A stretch of DNA of 64,000 nucleotides from an uncultured Gemmatimonadales bacterium (GCA_963783305.1 CAWAMW010000016.1:640001-704000); one strand, 5' to 3'; counted from the stretch's first letter, positions 28,723 through 39,148 are shown. Numbers and translations are program-made. Notes: a model not told the origin generated them from the letters alone.

Positions 28723-31071
28723 ATGACCGACTGGCTGGAAACGCTGAACCCGGAGCAGCGGGACGCGGTGGAGCACTTCGAGGGGCCGATCCTGGTTCTG
28801 GCGGGCGCCGGTTCCGGGAAGACGCGGGTTCTCACGACGCGTGTGGCGCACCTGATCCACGAGCACGGCGTGGATCCGTCGGCGATCCTGGCGGTGACGT
28901 TCACGAACAAGGCGGCCGCGGAGATGCGGGGGCGGATCCGTCAGCTGGTGGGGCGCGAGCCGGCCGGTATGTGGGTGGGGACGTTCCACTCCATTGGCGC
29001 ACGGCTGCTCCGGAAGCACGCATCGTCGCTGGGCTGGTCGTCCAGCTACTCGATCTTCGATTCGGACGCGTCGCTCCGGGAGATCAAGGCCACCATGGAC
29101 CGGCTGAGTGTATCGCAGAAGAAGTGGCACCCCAAGGCGGTGCGGGCGGCCATATCGGACGCAAAGAATCAGCTGGTGGACCCGGCGGGATACGAACGCC
29201 TGGCGGCCGACGCCTTCTCGCGCGTGGTGGCCGCGGTCTATCCGGTCTACCAGAAGTCGCTGAAGGAGCAGAACGCGTTCGACTTCGACGACCTGCTGGT
29301 CAAGCCGGTGGAGCTCTTCCGATCGACGCCGGCGGTCCTGGACCGTTATCGCGCCCGGTTCCACTTCATCCTCGTGGACGAGTACCAGGACACGAACGAG
29401 GCGCAGGACCGTTTCGTGGAGCTGCTGGCCGCCGAGCCCGGCACACCGCTGCCCGGGTCCGGGGTGCGCGCGCGGCCGGAGCGCGGGCCGAACCTCATGG
29501 TCGTGGGCGACGACGATCAGTCGATCTACGGCTGGCGGGGCGCGGACGTGAGCAACATCCTCGATTTCGAAAGCAGCTATCCGGGCGCGCGTTTGATCCG
29601 GCTGGAGCGGAACTACCGGTCCACGCAACGGATCCTGGACGCGGCCAATGTGGTGATCGCGGAGAACGTGCGCCGGAAGGGCAAGACACTGCGGACGGAG
29701 GCGGAGGACGGAGAGCGGCTGACGCAGGTGGAGGCGGTGGACGAGCGGGACGAGGCTGACTGGATCGTCTCGGAGCTGGAGCTGCGGATGAGCGACTCGG
29801 AGTGGACGCCCCGCGACTTCGTTCTGCTCTATCGCACGAACGCACAGTCCCGGGAGCTCGAGCGGGCGCTGGTGGAGCGGAGCATTCCGTACCGTATCAT
29901 CGGTGGAACACGGTTCTACGAGCGCCGCGAGATCATGGACGCGCTCGGCTACCTCCGCCTCATCTCGAACCCGGCCGATGGTCAGGCGTTCGACCGTGTG
30001 GTGAACTACCCGAAGCGAGGCGTGGGGCAGGTCAACCAGGACCGGCTCGGGGAGTACGCGGCCAGCGCAGGCCTCTCGCCGCTGGACGCCGCCCGGGAGG
30101 CGAAGTCCATCGACACCATGACGCCCGCCGCCGCGAACGCGCTGGAGCGGTTCGCCGCCAGCATCGACGGGTTCCGCACGCGGGCGGCCACCGTGGGCGC
30201 CGGAGAGCTGACCGAGCAGGTCATCACGGAGATGGGGATCCTCACTTCGCTGCTGGAGGAGGGGCCGGAGGGAGAGGACCGGGCGGACAACGTGCGGGAG
30301 CTCATCGCCGGCGCGTACGAGTTCGACGATCGGCTGCCCACGCTGCGGGATCTCGAGGGGCTGCCGGAGGAGTCCACGTCGCTGGACCTCTTCCTCCAGG
30401 AGGTCTCCCTCATCACCGATGTGGACCGCCACGACCCCGACGCCAACGCCGTCACGCTCATGACGCTCCATACTGCCAAGGGGCTGGAGTTCCCGGTGGT
30501 CTTCATCAGCGGGATGGAGGACGGTCTCTTCCCGCTGGCGCGCGCGTTCGACGAGCCGAGCGAGCTGGAGGAGGAGCGGCGGCTCTTTTACGTGGGGATC
30601 ACGCGGGCTGAGCGAAAGGTCTACCTGACGCACGCCCGCACCCGGCGGCGGATGGGAGAGACCAAGGGGTGCGTGGCGTCGAGCTTCCTTCGGCCCATCC
30701 CCGACGCGCTGCTGGAGAAGCGCACCACGCCGCAGGTCGAGCGGCAGGACCGTGCGTACAGCGGCTGGCAGAGCCGGCGGTCCACGGGGTACGGTGGCGG
30801 GTCGTCCTATGGTGGGGGCCGGAGGAAGCAGCGGGAGCCGGAGACCGACGCGTTCGGGAACGAGGCGGGCGGCTACGTCATCGACTACAGCGACAGCCAG
30901 GACGCGCCGCGGTTCATCAAGGGCGAGGTGGTGCTGCACCCGAAGTTCGGGCGGGGGACCATCCGGGAGCTCTCCGGCCTCGGGCGGGACCTGAAGGCGG
31001 TGATCGAGTTCGACGACATCGGGCGCAAGAAGGTCGTCGTCCGCTACGCCAACCTCCAGAAGGAGTACTGA
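28723..31071 (+). CDS. pcrA: UvrD/PcrA ATP-dependent DNA helicase
   Basis: AGAGSGKT, TFTNKAA, VDEYQDTN, VGDDDQSIY.WRGA, LERNYRS, HTAKGLEF, EERRLFYVGITRA and a C-terminal Tudor-like HPKFGRG. Confidence 0.95.
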   Translation: MTDWLETLNPEQRDAVEHFEGPILVLAGAGSGKTRVLTTRVAHLIHEHGVDPSAILAVTFTNKAAAEMRGRIRQLVGREPAGMWVGTFHSIGARLLRKHASSLGWSSSYSIFDSDASLREIKATMDRLSVSQKKWHPKAVRAAISDAKNQLVDPAGYERLAADAFSRVVAAVYPVYQKSLKEQNAFDFDDLLVKPVELFRSTPAVLDRYRARFHFILVDEYQDTNEAQDRFVELLAAEPGTPLPGSGVRARPERGPNLMVVGDDDQSIYGWRGADVSNILDFESSYPGARLIRLERNYRSTQRILDAANVVIAENVRRKGKTLRTEAEDGERLTQVEAVDERDEADWIVSELELRMSDSEWTPRDFVLLYRTNAQSRELERALVERSIPYRIIGGTRFYERREIMDALGYLRLISNPADGQAFDRVVNYPKRGVGQVNQDRLGEYAASAGLSPLDAAREAKSIDTMTPAAANALERFAASIDGFRTRAATVGAGELTEQVITEMGILTSLLEEGPEGEDRADNVRELIAGAYEFDDRLPTLRDLEGLPEESTSLDLFLQEVSLITDVDRHDPDANAVTLMTLHTAKGLEFPVVFISGMEDGLFPLARAFDEPSELEEERRLFYVGITRAERKVYLTHARTRRRMGETKGCVASSFLRPIPDALLEKRTTPQVERQDRAYSGWQSRRSTGYGGGSSYGGGRRKQREPETDAFGNEAGGYVIDYSDSQDAPRFIKGEVVLHPKFGRGTIRELSGLGRDLKAVIEFDDIGRKKVVVRYANLQKEY

Positions 31072-31072
31072 C

Positions 31073-31369
31073 GTGGAGGTGGGCCGGGCGGACGTGCTCC
31101 GGATGGCGGCGCTCGCGCGAATCGCCCTTTCCGACGACGAGGCCGCGCGGCTCCGCCGCGATCTCCAGGACATCCTCGATCACGTGGACGCCCTGCCCGA
31201 CGTCAGCGCCGGGGCGGTCGCGCCTGGGCCGACCTCTCCCGCAACCCGCCCGGACGACCCCGGAGCCGACGCCCTGGCCGGGGGTCTCGAGAGCTTCGCG
31301 CCCGAGGCCCGGGAGGGGCTGATCACGGTCCCGCGGCTCGAGTCGCACGCGGACGCGGAGCCGGGATGA
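31073..31369 (+). CDS. gatC: Asp/Glu-tRNA amidotransferase subunit C
   Basis: V.RMAALARI.L, IL.HVD.L, AP......VPR. Precedes gatA. Confidence 0.85.
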   Translation: MEVGRADVLRMAALARIALSDDEAARLRRDLQDILDHVDALPDVSAGAVAPGPTSPATRPDDPGADALAGGLESFAPEAREGLITVPRLESHADAEPG

Positions 31370-32826
31370 CCGCGCCGGGCGTGCTGGAGGTCGCACGGTC
31401 GATATCGGCGGGGGAGCGCTCGGCGGTCGAGGGGGCGGAGCGGGTCAGCGCGGCCATCGCGTCCGACACGCTCCATGCCTTCCTGGCGCACGACCCGGAG
31501 CGGCTCACGGCCGACGCGCGGGCGCTGGACGCGAGGCTGGAGGGGACGCGCTCGGCGGGTGAGTCCGCCGGTCGGCTGGCGGGCGTGGCCGTGGCCATCA
31601 AGGACAACATCGCCACGCTCGACGACCCCACGACCTGCGGCTCCCGGATCCTCGAGGGGTACCGTTCGCCGTACGAGGCCACGGTCGTGGCACGGCTGCG
31701 GGCGGCGGGCGCGCTGATCGCCGGGAAGACGAACATGGACGAGTTCGCCATGGGGTCGTCCACGGAGCGGTCGGCGTTCGGGCCCACGCTCAATCCGCAC
31801 GACCCGGAGCGGGTGCCCGGCGGCTCGTCGGGAGGTTCGGCCGCGGCCGTGGCCGCGGGGATGGTGCCGGCGGCGCTCGGATCGGATACGGGGGGGAGCG
31901 TGCGACAGCCCGCGTCGTTCTGCGGTGTGGTGGGGCTGAAGCCGACGTACGGGCGCGTGAGCCGGTACGGGCTGGTGGCGTTCGCGTCCTCGCTCGACCA
32001 GGTGGGCACGCTCGGCCGGAGCGTGGCCGACGCCGCCGCGCTGCTGGAGGTGATCGCGGGCCCGGACCCGCGCGACGCGACCTGCGCGACGCGCCCGGCG
32101 CCGGACCTGTTGAGCGGGTTGGACGACGGAGTGGAGGGGCTGGTGATCGGCGTGCCGGAGGAGTACTTCCCGGACGACCTGGACCCGGGGGTCCGCGACC
32201 GCTGCAACGCCGCGCTGGCGGCGCTGACCGACGCGGGCGCGGAGGTCCGCCGCGTGTCGCTTCCGCACACGCACCTGGCGGTCCCGACCTATTACGTCCT
32301 CGCCCCGGCGGAAGCGTCCAGCAACCTGGCGCGTTTCGATGGCGTGCGGTTCGGACAGCGCGCCGACGCCGCAGGCCTTCTCGATCTGTACCGTGAGACC
32401 CGGGGTCACGGCTTCGGCGACGAGGTCAAGCGACGGATCGTGCTCGGCACGTTCGTCCTCTCCGCCGGCTACCACGACCGCTACTACGGCCGCGCGCAGG
32501 GCGTCCGGTCGCTGATCGCGCGGGACTTCTCCGAGGTGTTCGCCAGCGGCGTCGACGCCCTGTTCACCCCCACCACACCCACCCCGGCGTTCCGGCTGGG
32601 TGAGCGGATCGGAGACCCGTACGCCATGTACCGCGCCGACGCGTTCACGGCGCCCGCGAGCCTCGCGGGGGTCCCGGCGATCTCGGTGCCCGTCGGCGCC
32701 GTGGATGGGCTGCCCGTGGGGGGGCAGGTGCTGGGGCCGGCGTGGGGCGAGGACGTGGTGGTACGCCTGGCGCGGGCCGTGGAGCGGGGACGGCCGAGCG
32801 GTCCCGGCGCGGGGGCCGTCGCATGA
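31366..32826 (+). CDS. gatA: Asp/Glu-tRNA amidotransferase subunit A
   Basis: IKDNI, GKTNMDEFAMGSSTE, PGGSSGGSA, GSDTGGSVRQPA, SSNLARFDG and EVKRRI.LGT. Confidence 0.96.
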   Translation: MTAPGVLEVARSISAGERSAVEGAERVSAAIASDTLHAFLAHDPERLTADARALDARLEGTRSAGESAGRLAGVAVAIKDNIATLDDPTTCGSRILEGYRSPYEATVVARLRAAGALIAGKTNMDEFAMGSSTERSAFGPTLNPHDPERVPGGSSGGSAAAVAAGMVPAALGSDTGGSVRQPASFCGVVGLKPTYGRVSRYGLVAFASSLDQVGTLGRSVADAAALLEVIAGPDPRDATCATRPAPDLLSGLDDGVEGLVIGVPEEYFPDDLDPGVRDRCNAALAALTDAGAEVRRVSLPHTHLAVPTYYVLAPAEASSNLARFDGVRFGQRADAAGLLDLYRETRGHGFGDEVKRRIVLGTFVLSAGYHDRYYGRAQGVRSLIARDFSEVFASGVDALFTPTTPTPAFRLGERIGDPYAMYRADAFTAPASLAGVPAISVPVGAVDGLPVGGQVLGPAWGEDVVVRLARAVERGRPSGPGAGAVA

Positions 32827-34256
32827 CGTACGAGACGGTGATCGGCCTCGAGATCCACGTGCAGCTGGCGACGCGCACGAAGATGTTCTGCGGCGACGAG
32901 TACGAGTACGGCGCGCCGCCCAACACGCGCGTATGTCCGGTGTGCCTCGGACTCCCGGGCGCGCTGCCGGTGACGAACGAGGCGGCCGTGGAGCTGGCAG
33001 TCGCCGCGGCCGTGGCGCTCGGTTGCTCGGTGCAGCCGGTCAGCGTTTTCGCGCGCAAGAACTACTTCTACCCCGACCTTCCCAGGGGCTACCAGATCAC
33101 GCAGTACGACCGGCCGCTCGCCACCGCCGGCGCGGTCGCGGTGCCGGAGGGGGCGGTGCGGATCCAGCGTGTTCACCTGGAGGAGGATACCGGGAAATCC
33201 GATCACGACCGGTTCCCGGGGCGCACGGCCCTCGACTTCAATCGCGCCGGCGTCCCGCTCATCGAGATCGTCACGGAACCGGACATCCGGAGCCCCGCCC
33301 ACGCTCGCGCCTTCCTGCTCCGGCTGAAGCGCGTGCTGGAGTACCTGGGCGTGAGCGACTGTGAGATGGAGAAGGGCAGCCTGAGGGTCGACGCCAACAT
33401 CTCCGTCCGCCCCGCGGGTCGCGCAGCCCTCGGAACGAAGACCGAGGTGAAGAACCTCAACTCGTTCGCCAACGTGGAGCGTGCGCTCGTGTACGAAGCC
33501 GCACGGCAGGAGGCGGTCCTGGACGCGGGCGGGGCCGTGGCCCCTGAGACGCGGCTGTGGGACGCCGGGGCGGGGGAGGCACGGGCGATGCGCTCGAAGG
33601 AGGAGTCCCGGGACTACCGCTACTTTCCCGAGCCCGATCTTCCTGCTCTCGTCCTTTCCGACGAGCGGATCGCCACCACCCGCCAGGCGCTCCCCGAGCT
33701 TCCCGACGCCCGGGCCGCCCGGTTCATCGACGAGTATGGCCTGCCGGAGGCCGACGCCGACGTCCTTACCGCGAGCCGCGGCCTGGCCGACTATTTCGAG
33801 GCCGCTGTGCGGCAGGGAGCGGGCGAGCCGGAGCGGGCGCGGTCCGTGGCGGGCTGGGTGCGGACCGACGTGCTGGCGTGGCTGAACGAGCGCTCTGCCA
33901 GGATCGACGCGTTCCCCGTGGCGGCGGCCGACCTGGCGGAGCTGATCGGGCTGGTGCGCGACGGAACGCTCTCCAGCAGCATGGGCAGCACCGTGCTCGC
34001 CCGGATGGCCGAGACCGGCCGGCGGGCGTCCGCCATCGTGGAGGCAGAAGGCCTGGCGCAGGTCCGCGGAGAGGACCGGCTTCGCGGGTGGGTGGAGGAG
34101 GCGCGGTCGGCCCACCCCGAGGAGGCCGGGCGGCTGGATGCCGGCGAGCTGAAGCTCGTGGGTTTCTTCATGGGCGAGGTCATGCGCCTTTCGGGCGGTC
34201 GGGCGGATCCGCAGCGGGCCTCGGCGATGCTGCGGGAGCGGGGCGCCGGCGAGTAG
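32823..34256 (+). CDS. gatB: Asp/Glu-tRNA amidotransferase subunit B
   Basis: IGLEIHVQL, CPVCLGLPG.LP, RKNYFYPDLP, HLEED.GK, NRAGVPLIEIV and YRYFPEPDL. ATGA overlap with gatA. Confidence 0.96.
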   Translation: MTYETVIGLEIHVQLATRTKMFCGDEYEYGAPPNTRVCPVCLGLPGALPVTNEAAVELAVAAAVALGCSVQPVSVFARKNYFYPDLPRGYQITQYDRPLATAGAVAVPEGAVRIQRVHLEEDTGKSDHDRFPGRTALDFNRAGVPLIEIVTEPDIRSPAHARAFLLRLKRVLEYLGVSDCEMEKGSLRVDANISVRPAGRAALGTKTEVKNLNSFANVERALVYEAARQEAVLDAGGAVAPETRLWDAGAGEARAMRSKEESRDYRYFPEPDLPALVLSDERIATTRQALPELPDARAARFIDEYGLPEADADVLTASRGLADYFEAAVRQGAGEPERARSVAGWVRTDVLAWLNERSARIDAFPVAAADLAELIGLVRDGTLSSSMGSTVLARMAETGRRASAIVEAEGLAQVRGEDRLRGWVEEARSAHPEEAGRLDAGELKLVGFFMGEVMRLSGGRADPQRASAMLRERGAGE

Positions 34257-34287
34257 CCGTGACCCTCACCATAGAGAAGAGAGACCC

Positions 34288-34578
34288 ATGTACGGCCTGA
34301 TCGGGAAAATGATCGCGAGGGAAGGGGAGCGGGACGCGCTGGCGTCGATCCTCATTGACGGTGTGGCGGGAATGCCAGGGTGCCTGAGCTACGTCGTCGC
34401 CGCAGACGAGGAGGACCCGCACGCGCTCTGGGTGACGGAAGTCTGGGACCGCGAGGAGAGCCACGCGGCGTCGTTGTCGCTGCCGACGGTGAAGGAGGCC
34501 ATCGCCCGCGGTCGGCCGCTGATCCAGGGGTTCGCCGACCGGTTCGTGACTCGGCCGCTCGGCGGACAGGGGCTCTGA
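34288..34578 (+). CDS. Antibiotic-biosynthesis-monooxygenase (ABM) family protein
   Basis: 96 aa, MPGCLSY, WVTEVW...SH.ASL. Confidence 0.8.
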   Translation: MYGLIGKMIAREGERDALASILIDGVAGMPGCLSYVVAADEEDPHALWVTEVWDREESHAASLSLPTVKEAIARGRPLIQGFADRFVTRPLGGQGL

Positions 34579-34579
34579 C

Positions 34580-35140
34580 ATGGCCGACCAAGAGGAACGC
34601 CCGGCGCCGGACGAGTACGCGCCCTTCTACGGCCGCTACATTGACCGCGTCCCTGCGGGCGGGATCGTCGGCATCCTGGCGCGGCAGGTCCACGAGACGG
34701 TGGCCCTCCTGGAGGGGCTGCCGGACCGCGCCGCGGAGCACCGGTACGCGCCGGGGAAGTGGTCGATCAAGGAGGTAGTGGGGCACGTCGCTGATGGGGA
34801 GCGGGTGTTCGCGTATCGGGCGCTGCGCTTCGGCCGCGGCGACGGCATCGCGCTCCCGGGCTTCGACGAGAACCGGTATGTCCCCGCGGGCTGCTTCGGC
34901 GACCGTTCGCTGGCGAGCGTGCTGGACGAGCTCGTGGCCGTGCGCCGCGCGACCGTCACCCTGCTGGATGGACTGCCGGCGGACGCGTGGTCGTGGCGCG
35001 GTGAGGCGAGCGGTGCGGACGTGACGGTGCGGGCGCTGGCATACATGGCGGCGGGCCATGAGCTGCATCACCGGGCCCTGCTCGAGGACCGCTACGGTGT
35101 CCGGGAACTGGCGGCCGGGGGGGGCGCCGCCGGGGAGTGA
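34580..35140 (+). CDS. DinB/YfiT-family protein
   Basis: YAPGKWSIKEVVGH..D.ER, LPGFDE and GHELHH metal-binding His residues. Confidence 0.85.
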   Translation: MADQEERPAPDEYAPFYGRYIDRVPAGGIVGILARQVHETVALLEGLPDRAAEHRYAPGKWSIKEVVGHVADGERVFAYRALRFGRGDGIALPGFDENRYVPAGCFGDRSLASVLDELVAVRRATVTLLDGLPADAWSWRGEASGADVTVRALAYMAAGHELHHRALLEDRYGVRELAAGGGAAGE

Positions 35141-35237
35141 CGCGGCCGCGGGTCGGCGGCGGCGGACTTGTTGCGCGCCCGCGACCGTCGACATATTGGA
35201 GACGCGCGAGTCGACCCCCCCATCCAGCAGACTCCCA

Positions 35238-37144
35238 ATGCAGGGCATCCTCCAGAAGATCCGCTCGCTCTCCCGTGAGTTGAAGCGCCGCCGCGTCTAT
35301 CGCGTGTCGGCCTACTACGCGGCCGGCGCGTTCGCGGTACTCCAGGGCGCCGATCTGCTCGTCGGCGTGCTCCTCCTGCCTGACTGGGTCGTCGCGGCCC
35401 TGGGCGTTGCGGCCGTCATCGGCTTTCCGGTGGCGGTGGCGATCGCATGGGCGTTCCAGCTCACGCCGGAGGGCGTGCAGCCGGAGCAACCGGGTGGGGA
35501 CCGCCAGGTGCTGCGCTGGGCCCTGCGCGGGGTCGTGGTGGGCGTGGTGTTGATGGCCAGCGTGGTGGCGGGATGGTCGAGCTGGACATACTGGCTCGGA
35601 CCGGACGTGGCGCAGGCGGTTCCGCCGCTGGCGATGGCCGACCGCGGGGACGAGGCGGGCCCCCCCCGGACCCCGCGCGGATCGCCGTCCTCTATTTCGA
35701 TGATCACAGCCAGGGCCAGGACATGGGCTACCTGGCGGATGGGATCACCGAATCGCTGCTGCACGAGCTGGCGCAGATCCCGGCGCTGACCGTGGTCTCT
35801 CGGAACGCCACGAAGGCGTACCGGAACGGTGCAATCTCCCTGGACTCCCTGCTGAGTTCGCTGAGGGTCGGCAGCCTGGTGGAGGGGAGCGTGAGCGAGT
35901 CGGCGGGCCGCGTGCGCGTCACGGTGCAGCTGATCGACGCAGCCACCGGCGTTCACCTGGGCAGCCGCGTCCTCGAGCGCCCCAGCACGGAACTCTTCGC
36001 GCTTCAGGACGACCTCACCGAGGAGGTGGCGCGCGTGCTGCGACGGCAGCTCGGCGACGAGATCCGCATCCGGGAGGAACGCCGGGGCGCGACGAACCTG
36101 GAGGCGTGGCGACTCTACCGTCGCGCCGAGGAGCGGCGGGACGAGGACTGGCAGCTCTGGCGGGACGATGCGGCCGCGGGCATCCGTTCTCTGCTCGAGG
36201 CAGACTCGCTCCTGGAGCGGGCCGAGCGGCTGGATCCAGCGTGGGCTCAGCCTAGCGTGGCTCGGGCCTGGAACGCCGCCCGGCTCGCCTGGCGGACCGG
36301 GGATCCCCCTGGAGTGGCCATGGACTCCGTCTGGGCAGCGCGCGCGCTGCGGCACGCGGACCGGGCTATCTCACTGGGACCGGAGGCCGCGGCGGGGCTC
36401 GAGGTTCGGGGTCTCATCCTCGCCGGGCTGGCCCCCTCGGCGTCCGAACCCGAGGCGGCGCGGGAGGAGGCGGCGCGTGTGCTTCAGCGCGCCATCACGT
36501 TGGATCCTCGGGCGGCCCGCGCCTGGGGCGAGCTGGCGTCTCTGCGCGTGGCGCAGGGGCGGTTCCCCGAAGCGAGGCAGGCGGCGCGACGAGCGCTGGC
36601 GGCGGACGCGTTCCTCGAGGAGGCCGCCGAGGTGACCCACACGCTGTACTTCAGCGCATTGCAGGAGGGGCCCGAGCCAGAAGCGGTAGAGCAGTGCAAC
36701 GACGGCCGTGCGCGCTTCCCCGAGGAGAGCGAGTTCGTCGTGTGCCAGCTCTTCCTGCTGGCGTCGTTCCCGCAGGTGGAGCCGGACGTGGACAGGGCCT
36801 GGGCTCTGGTGGACACGCTCACAGCCCTCGTGGCGGAGCGCACACGCCCCGCCTTCCACGCGTACGGCTCCGTCCAGGTGGCGAAGGTCGCCGCCAGGGC
36901 GGGACTCCCCGACAGCGCACGCGCCATACTGCGCGGCGCACGCGGCGAGGAGACGCCCCAGTGGCTCGCGTACGATGAGGCCCACGTCCGGGTGCTGCTG
37001 GGCGAACACGACGACGCGATCCGTCTGCTCCGGCAGTATCTGCACGGCGGCGCAGACCCCGCCTTCCTCGCCCGCGACTGGTGGTTCAGCGACCTGCGGG
37101 ACGATCCTCGCTTCCAGGCGCTCGTGGGGCGCGCCGGCGGTTGA
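35238..37144 (+). pseudogene. Membrane-anchored TolB-N-like/TPR protein, frameshifted at a C8 tract
   Basis: The N-terminal three-TM module (ELKRRRVYRV...GFPVA..AW.F.LTPEG) is in one frame. The TolB-N-like domain (IAVLYF, LADGITE.L...L.QI..L.V.SR, EGSV, VRVTVQLID) and TPR-like helices are in the -1 frame. The switch maps to C8 at 35660-35667. Confidence 0.75.
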
Positions 37145-37171
37145 CCGTCGGCGCCTCCCACGGCGCCTCCC

Positions 37172-37720
37172 TCAGTAGCTGTCCCGGCAGTTCGTGCTCG
37201 TGGACATCATGAACTTGTCCTTGATGACGATGTCCGGGTCCCGCCCGACCGTGTCGCCGGCATCGGTCACGACCTGCACCACGTAGGGGAACACGCTGTC
37301 CACGGCCAGCTTCGGGTCGATCACGGCGCCGTTCGGGGTCCCGGGGCGGTTCTCGTGCGACGCGATCAGGGTATCGCCGCCGATGAAGGGGCTGCCCTCC
37401 TTGAACCGCACCAGCCAGGCCGTGATGGTCGTTGTCGTGTCCGCCCACTGCCAGTGCACACGGGCGCCCTGCCGGCCGCACACGCTCGGGATGTCGACCA
37501 CCGGCGTATCGTTCGCGAGCGTTATCCCGACGATGTTGGGCTGCGGCACGGTGTCGGCGTTCGCGTCGGCGACGGGCACGCTGTCCCCTGCAACGCCCGG
37601 CGCCGCCTCGTCGTCGCCATCGCAGGCACCGAGGTGGAAGGGGAGCGCGAGGGCGAGAAGGACGGGCGCGAATCGGGATGGGCGGCGGAACAACGGCCTT
37701 GTGCCTGTCAGTGCGTTCAT
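37172..37720 (-). CDS. Hypothetical lipoprotein
   Basis: Signal peptide with LGA-C lipobox and a small beta-rich domain ending DPDIVI. Confidence 0.65.
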   Translation of the reverse strand: MNALTGTRPLFRRPSRFAPVLLALALPFHLGACDGDDEAAPGVAGDSVPVADANADTVPQPNIVGITLANDTPVVDIPSVCGRQGARVHWQWADTTTTITAWLVRFKEGSPFIGGDTLIASHENRPGTPNGAVIDPKLAVDSVFPYVVQVVTDAGDTVGRDPDIVIKDKFMMSTSTNCRDSY

Positions 37721-37795
37721 GGAGGCCCCTCAATGACGGTGGGAATACGCCCGGATGGGGGTCCGGGCGAGCGGGTGCAGCCATAGATAGGACTT

Positions 37796-37816
37796 CGGCT
37801 GGCGCAGCGCCAGCCG
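37796..37816. repeat. Perfect 21-bp palindrome in an intergenic region
   Basis: CGGCTGGCGC-A-GCGCCAGCCG. Confidence 0.7.
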
Positions 37817-37836
37817 GACGTGGGGGTCCGCGCGGT

Positions 37837-38754
37837 TCAGCCCGACTGAACGGCCGGGGCGCTCCGCTGACCCCAGTAGTCGAGAGGGTCGTCCGGCAGG
37901 GGGAAGAAGTCGTCGGCCATGGCGCGCATCCGGTCGTACTCGTCGGCGTTGCCATCGCGGAGCGCCATGCGGCGCACCTTTTTCGCCAGGTGGAGATTGA
38001 AATCGCCGATGGGATCACGCGCGGCGGCGTGGGACGCGCGGCGCCGGTGGAGGTAGTCCACCATGGAATCGAACGCCCTGGAGAGGTAATCCTCGGTGTC
38101 GTCGCTCCGGAGGTCCCAGCGGGAGCGCTCCAGAACACGACCGAAGACGTTATGCCACCGTTCGTTGTCCTGGAACCGCACCATGCCCCGGAAGATCCGG
38201 CGGTTGGTCTCGAAGCTGAATATGGTTCCCGACAGTACGCTGTCGAATAGGTTGTCCGCCTCGCCATGGTCGTACTCCACGACCACCTCCCGGGCTCGTC
38301 CTGTGTAGCCCTCGCCGAGCTCGGTGTCCAGCCGGTGCTCCCAGTAGGCGTGACCGAGCGCCTTGGTGGAGCTGGTGAGCATGAGTTGCCGCGGGACGTA
38401 GAAGTTGTGGGCGATGGTGTCGGCGGCGAGGTGGCAGAGGTAGCCGTATCCGGCGGCGCGGAGCCGGTCGTTGCGGGCGCCCGCCAGGATCTCCTCGCCC
38501 ACGTGCCAGTAATGGGAGTGGCGGCCGGCCGGCACATACTTCTTGGCGAAGGAGATGTCGGCGGCCACCGACCCGTAGAGGAAACTGAGCGGGTAGGCGC
38601 GAAGCACATCCGCGATGGCCGCGGGGAGGAGATAGAGCGAGCTCAGCAGGTGCTCGCCCAGCAGGATGTGCGTGGCCGGACCGAAGGCGAACAGGCGCTC
38701 CGGCGTGAACAGCAGGAGCGCCAGTGCCCCGGCGAGAGGTGCGACGAGCTTCAA
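37837..38754 (-). CDS. Zinc-dependent phospholipase C family protein
   Basis: Signal peptide followed by FGPATH, FLYGS.AAD, HSH, GYLCHLAAD..AHN and HAYWE. Confidence 0.75.
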   Translation of the reverse strand: MKLVAPLAGALALLLFTPERLFAFGPATHILLGEHLLSSLYLLPAAIADVLRAYPLSFLYGSVAADISFAKKYVPAGRHSHYWHVGEEILAGARNDRLRAAGYGYLCHLAADTIAHNFYVPRQLMLTSSTKALGHAYWEHRLDTELGEGYTGRAREVVVEYDHGEADNLFDSVLSGTIFSFETNRRIFRGMVRFQDNERWHNVFGRVLERSRWDLRSDDTEDYLSRAFDSMVDYLHRRRASHAAARDPIGDFNLHLAKKVRRMALRDGNADEYDRMRAMADDFFPLPDDPLDYWGQRSAPAVQSG

Positions 38755-38761
38755 GGCTGGA

Positions 38762-39148
38762 TCAGCTCCGGAGCCGCTTGCCGCTCTTCTTCAGAGTCTT
38801 CCGCGCCTGGTCCAGCTGGTCGGCGACGGAATCGGCGATCTCCGAACGCGCTTCGGCCACCATGGCGGCCACCTCGTCGCGCATCTCCGTCACCACGGCG
38901 CGGCTGGCATCCAGCACCTCCTCGCTCCACTCCGAGGCCGCGCCGGCCGCCGCATCCGCCTGCCGGCCCATGCTCTTCCGGGCGCGGGCGGAGCGCTTTG
39001 CCAGCTTCTTCCGGTATGGCTTCAGCTCTTTCATGAGCTTCTCCTTCCGCGTGGGCGGCTTCGGCGCGAACATCAGCGCCGCTCCAACGCCAAGGGCGGC
39101 GCCCACCACGAAGGCGGCGAGGTAATCGGTCGTTTCTTCCTGCTTCAT
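38762..39148 (-). CDS. YtxH-domain protein
   Basis: AFVVGAALGVGAALMFAP followed by a charged helical region. Confidence 0.8.
   Translation of the reverse strand: MKQEETTDYLAAFVVGAALGVGAALMFAPKPPTRKEKLMKELKPYRKKLAKRSARARKSMGRQADAAAGAASEWSEEVLDASRAVVTEMRDEVAAMVAEARSEIADSVADQLDQARKTLKKSGKRLRS

Noticed and set aside
29425..29495. Pro/Gly-rich insertion in PcrA (AEPGTPLPGSGVRARPERGP) as an intein or mobile insertion
   Set aside because: Only about 15-20 aa with no intein terminal motifs, consistent with a variable surface loop.
35160..35200. Possible sigma-54 (CGGCGGACTTGTTGC) or sigma-70 promoter before the TPR gene
   Set aside because: Poor match at the -24 element and ambiguous spacing. Not distinguishable from chance in GC-rich DNA.
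34288..37720. Accessory block after gatB as a genomic island or mobile element
   Set aside because: No integrase, transposase, flanking direct repeats, tRNA target or evident compositional shift.
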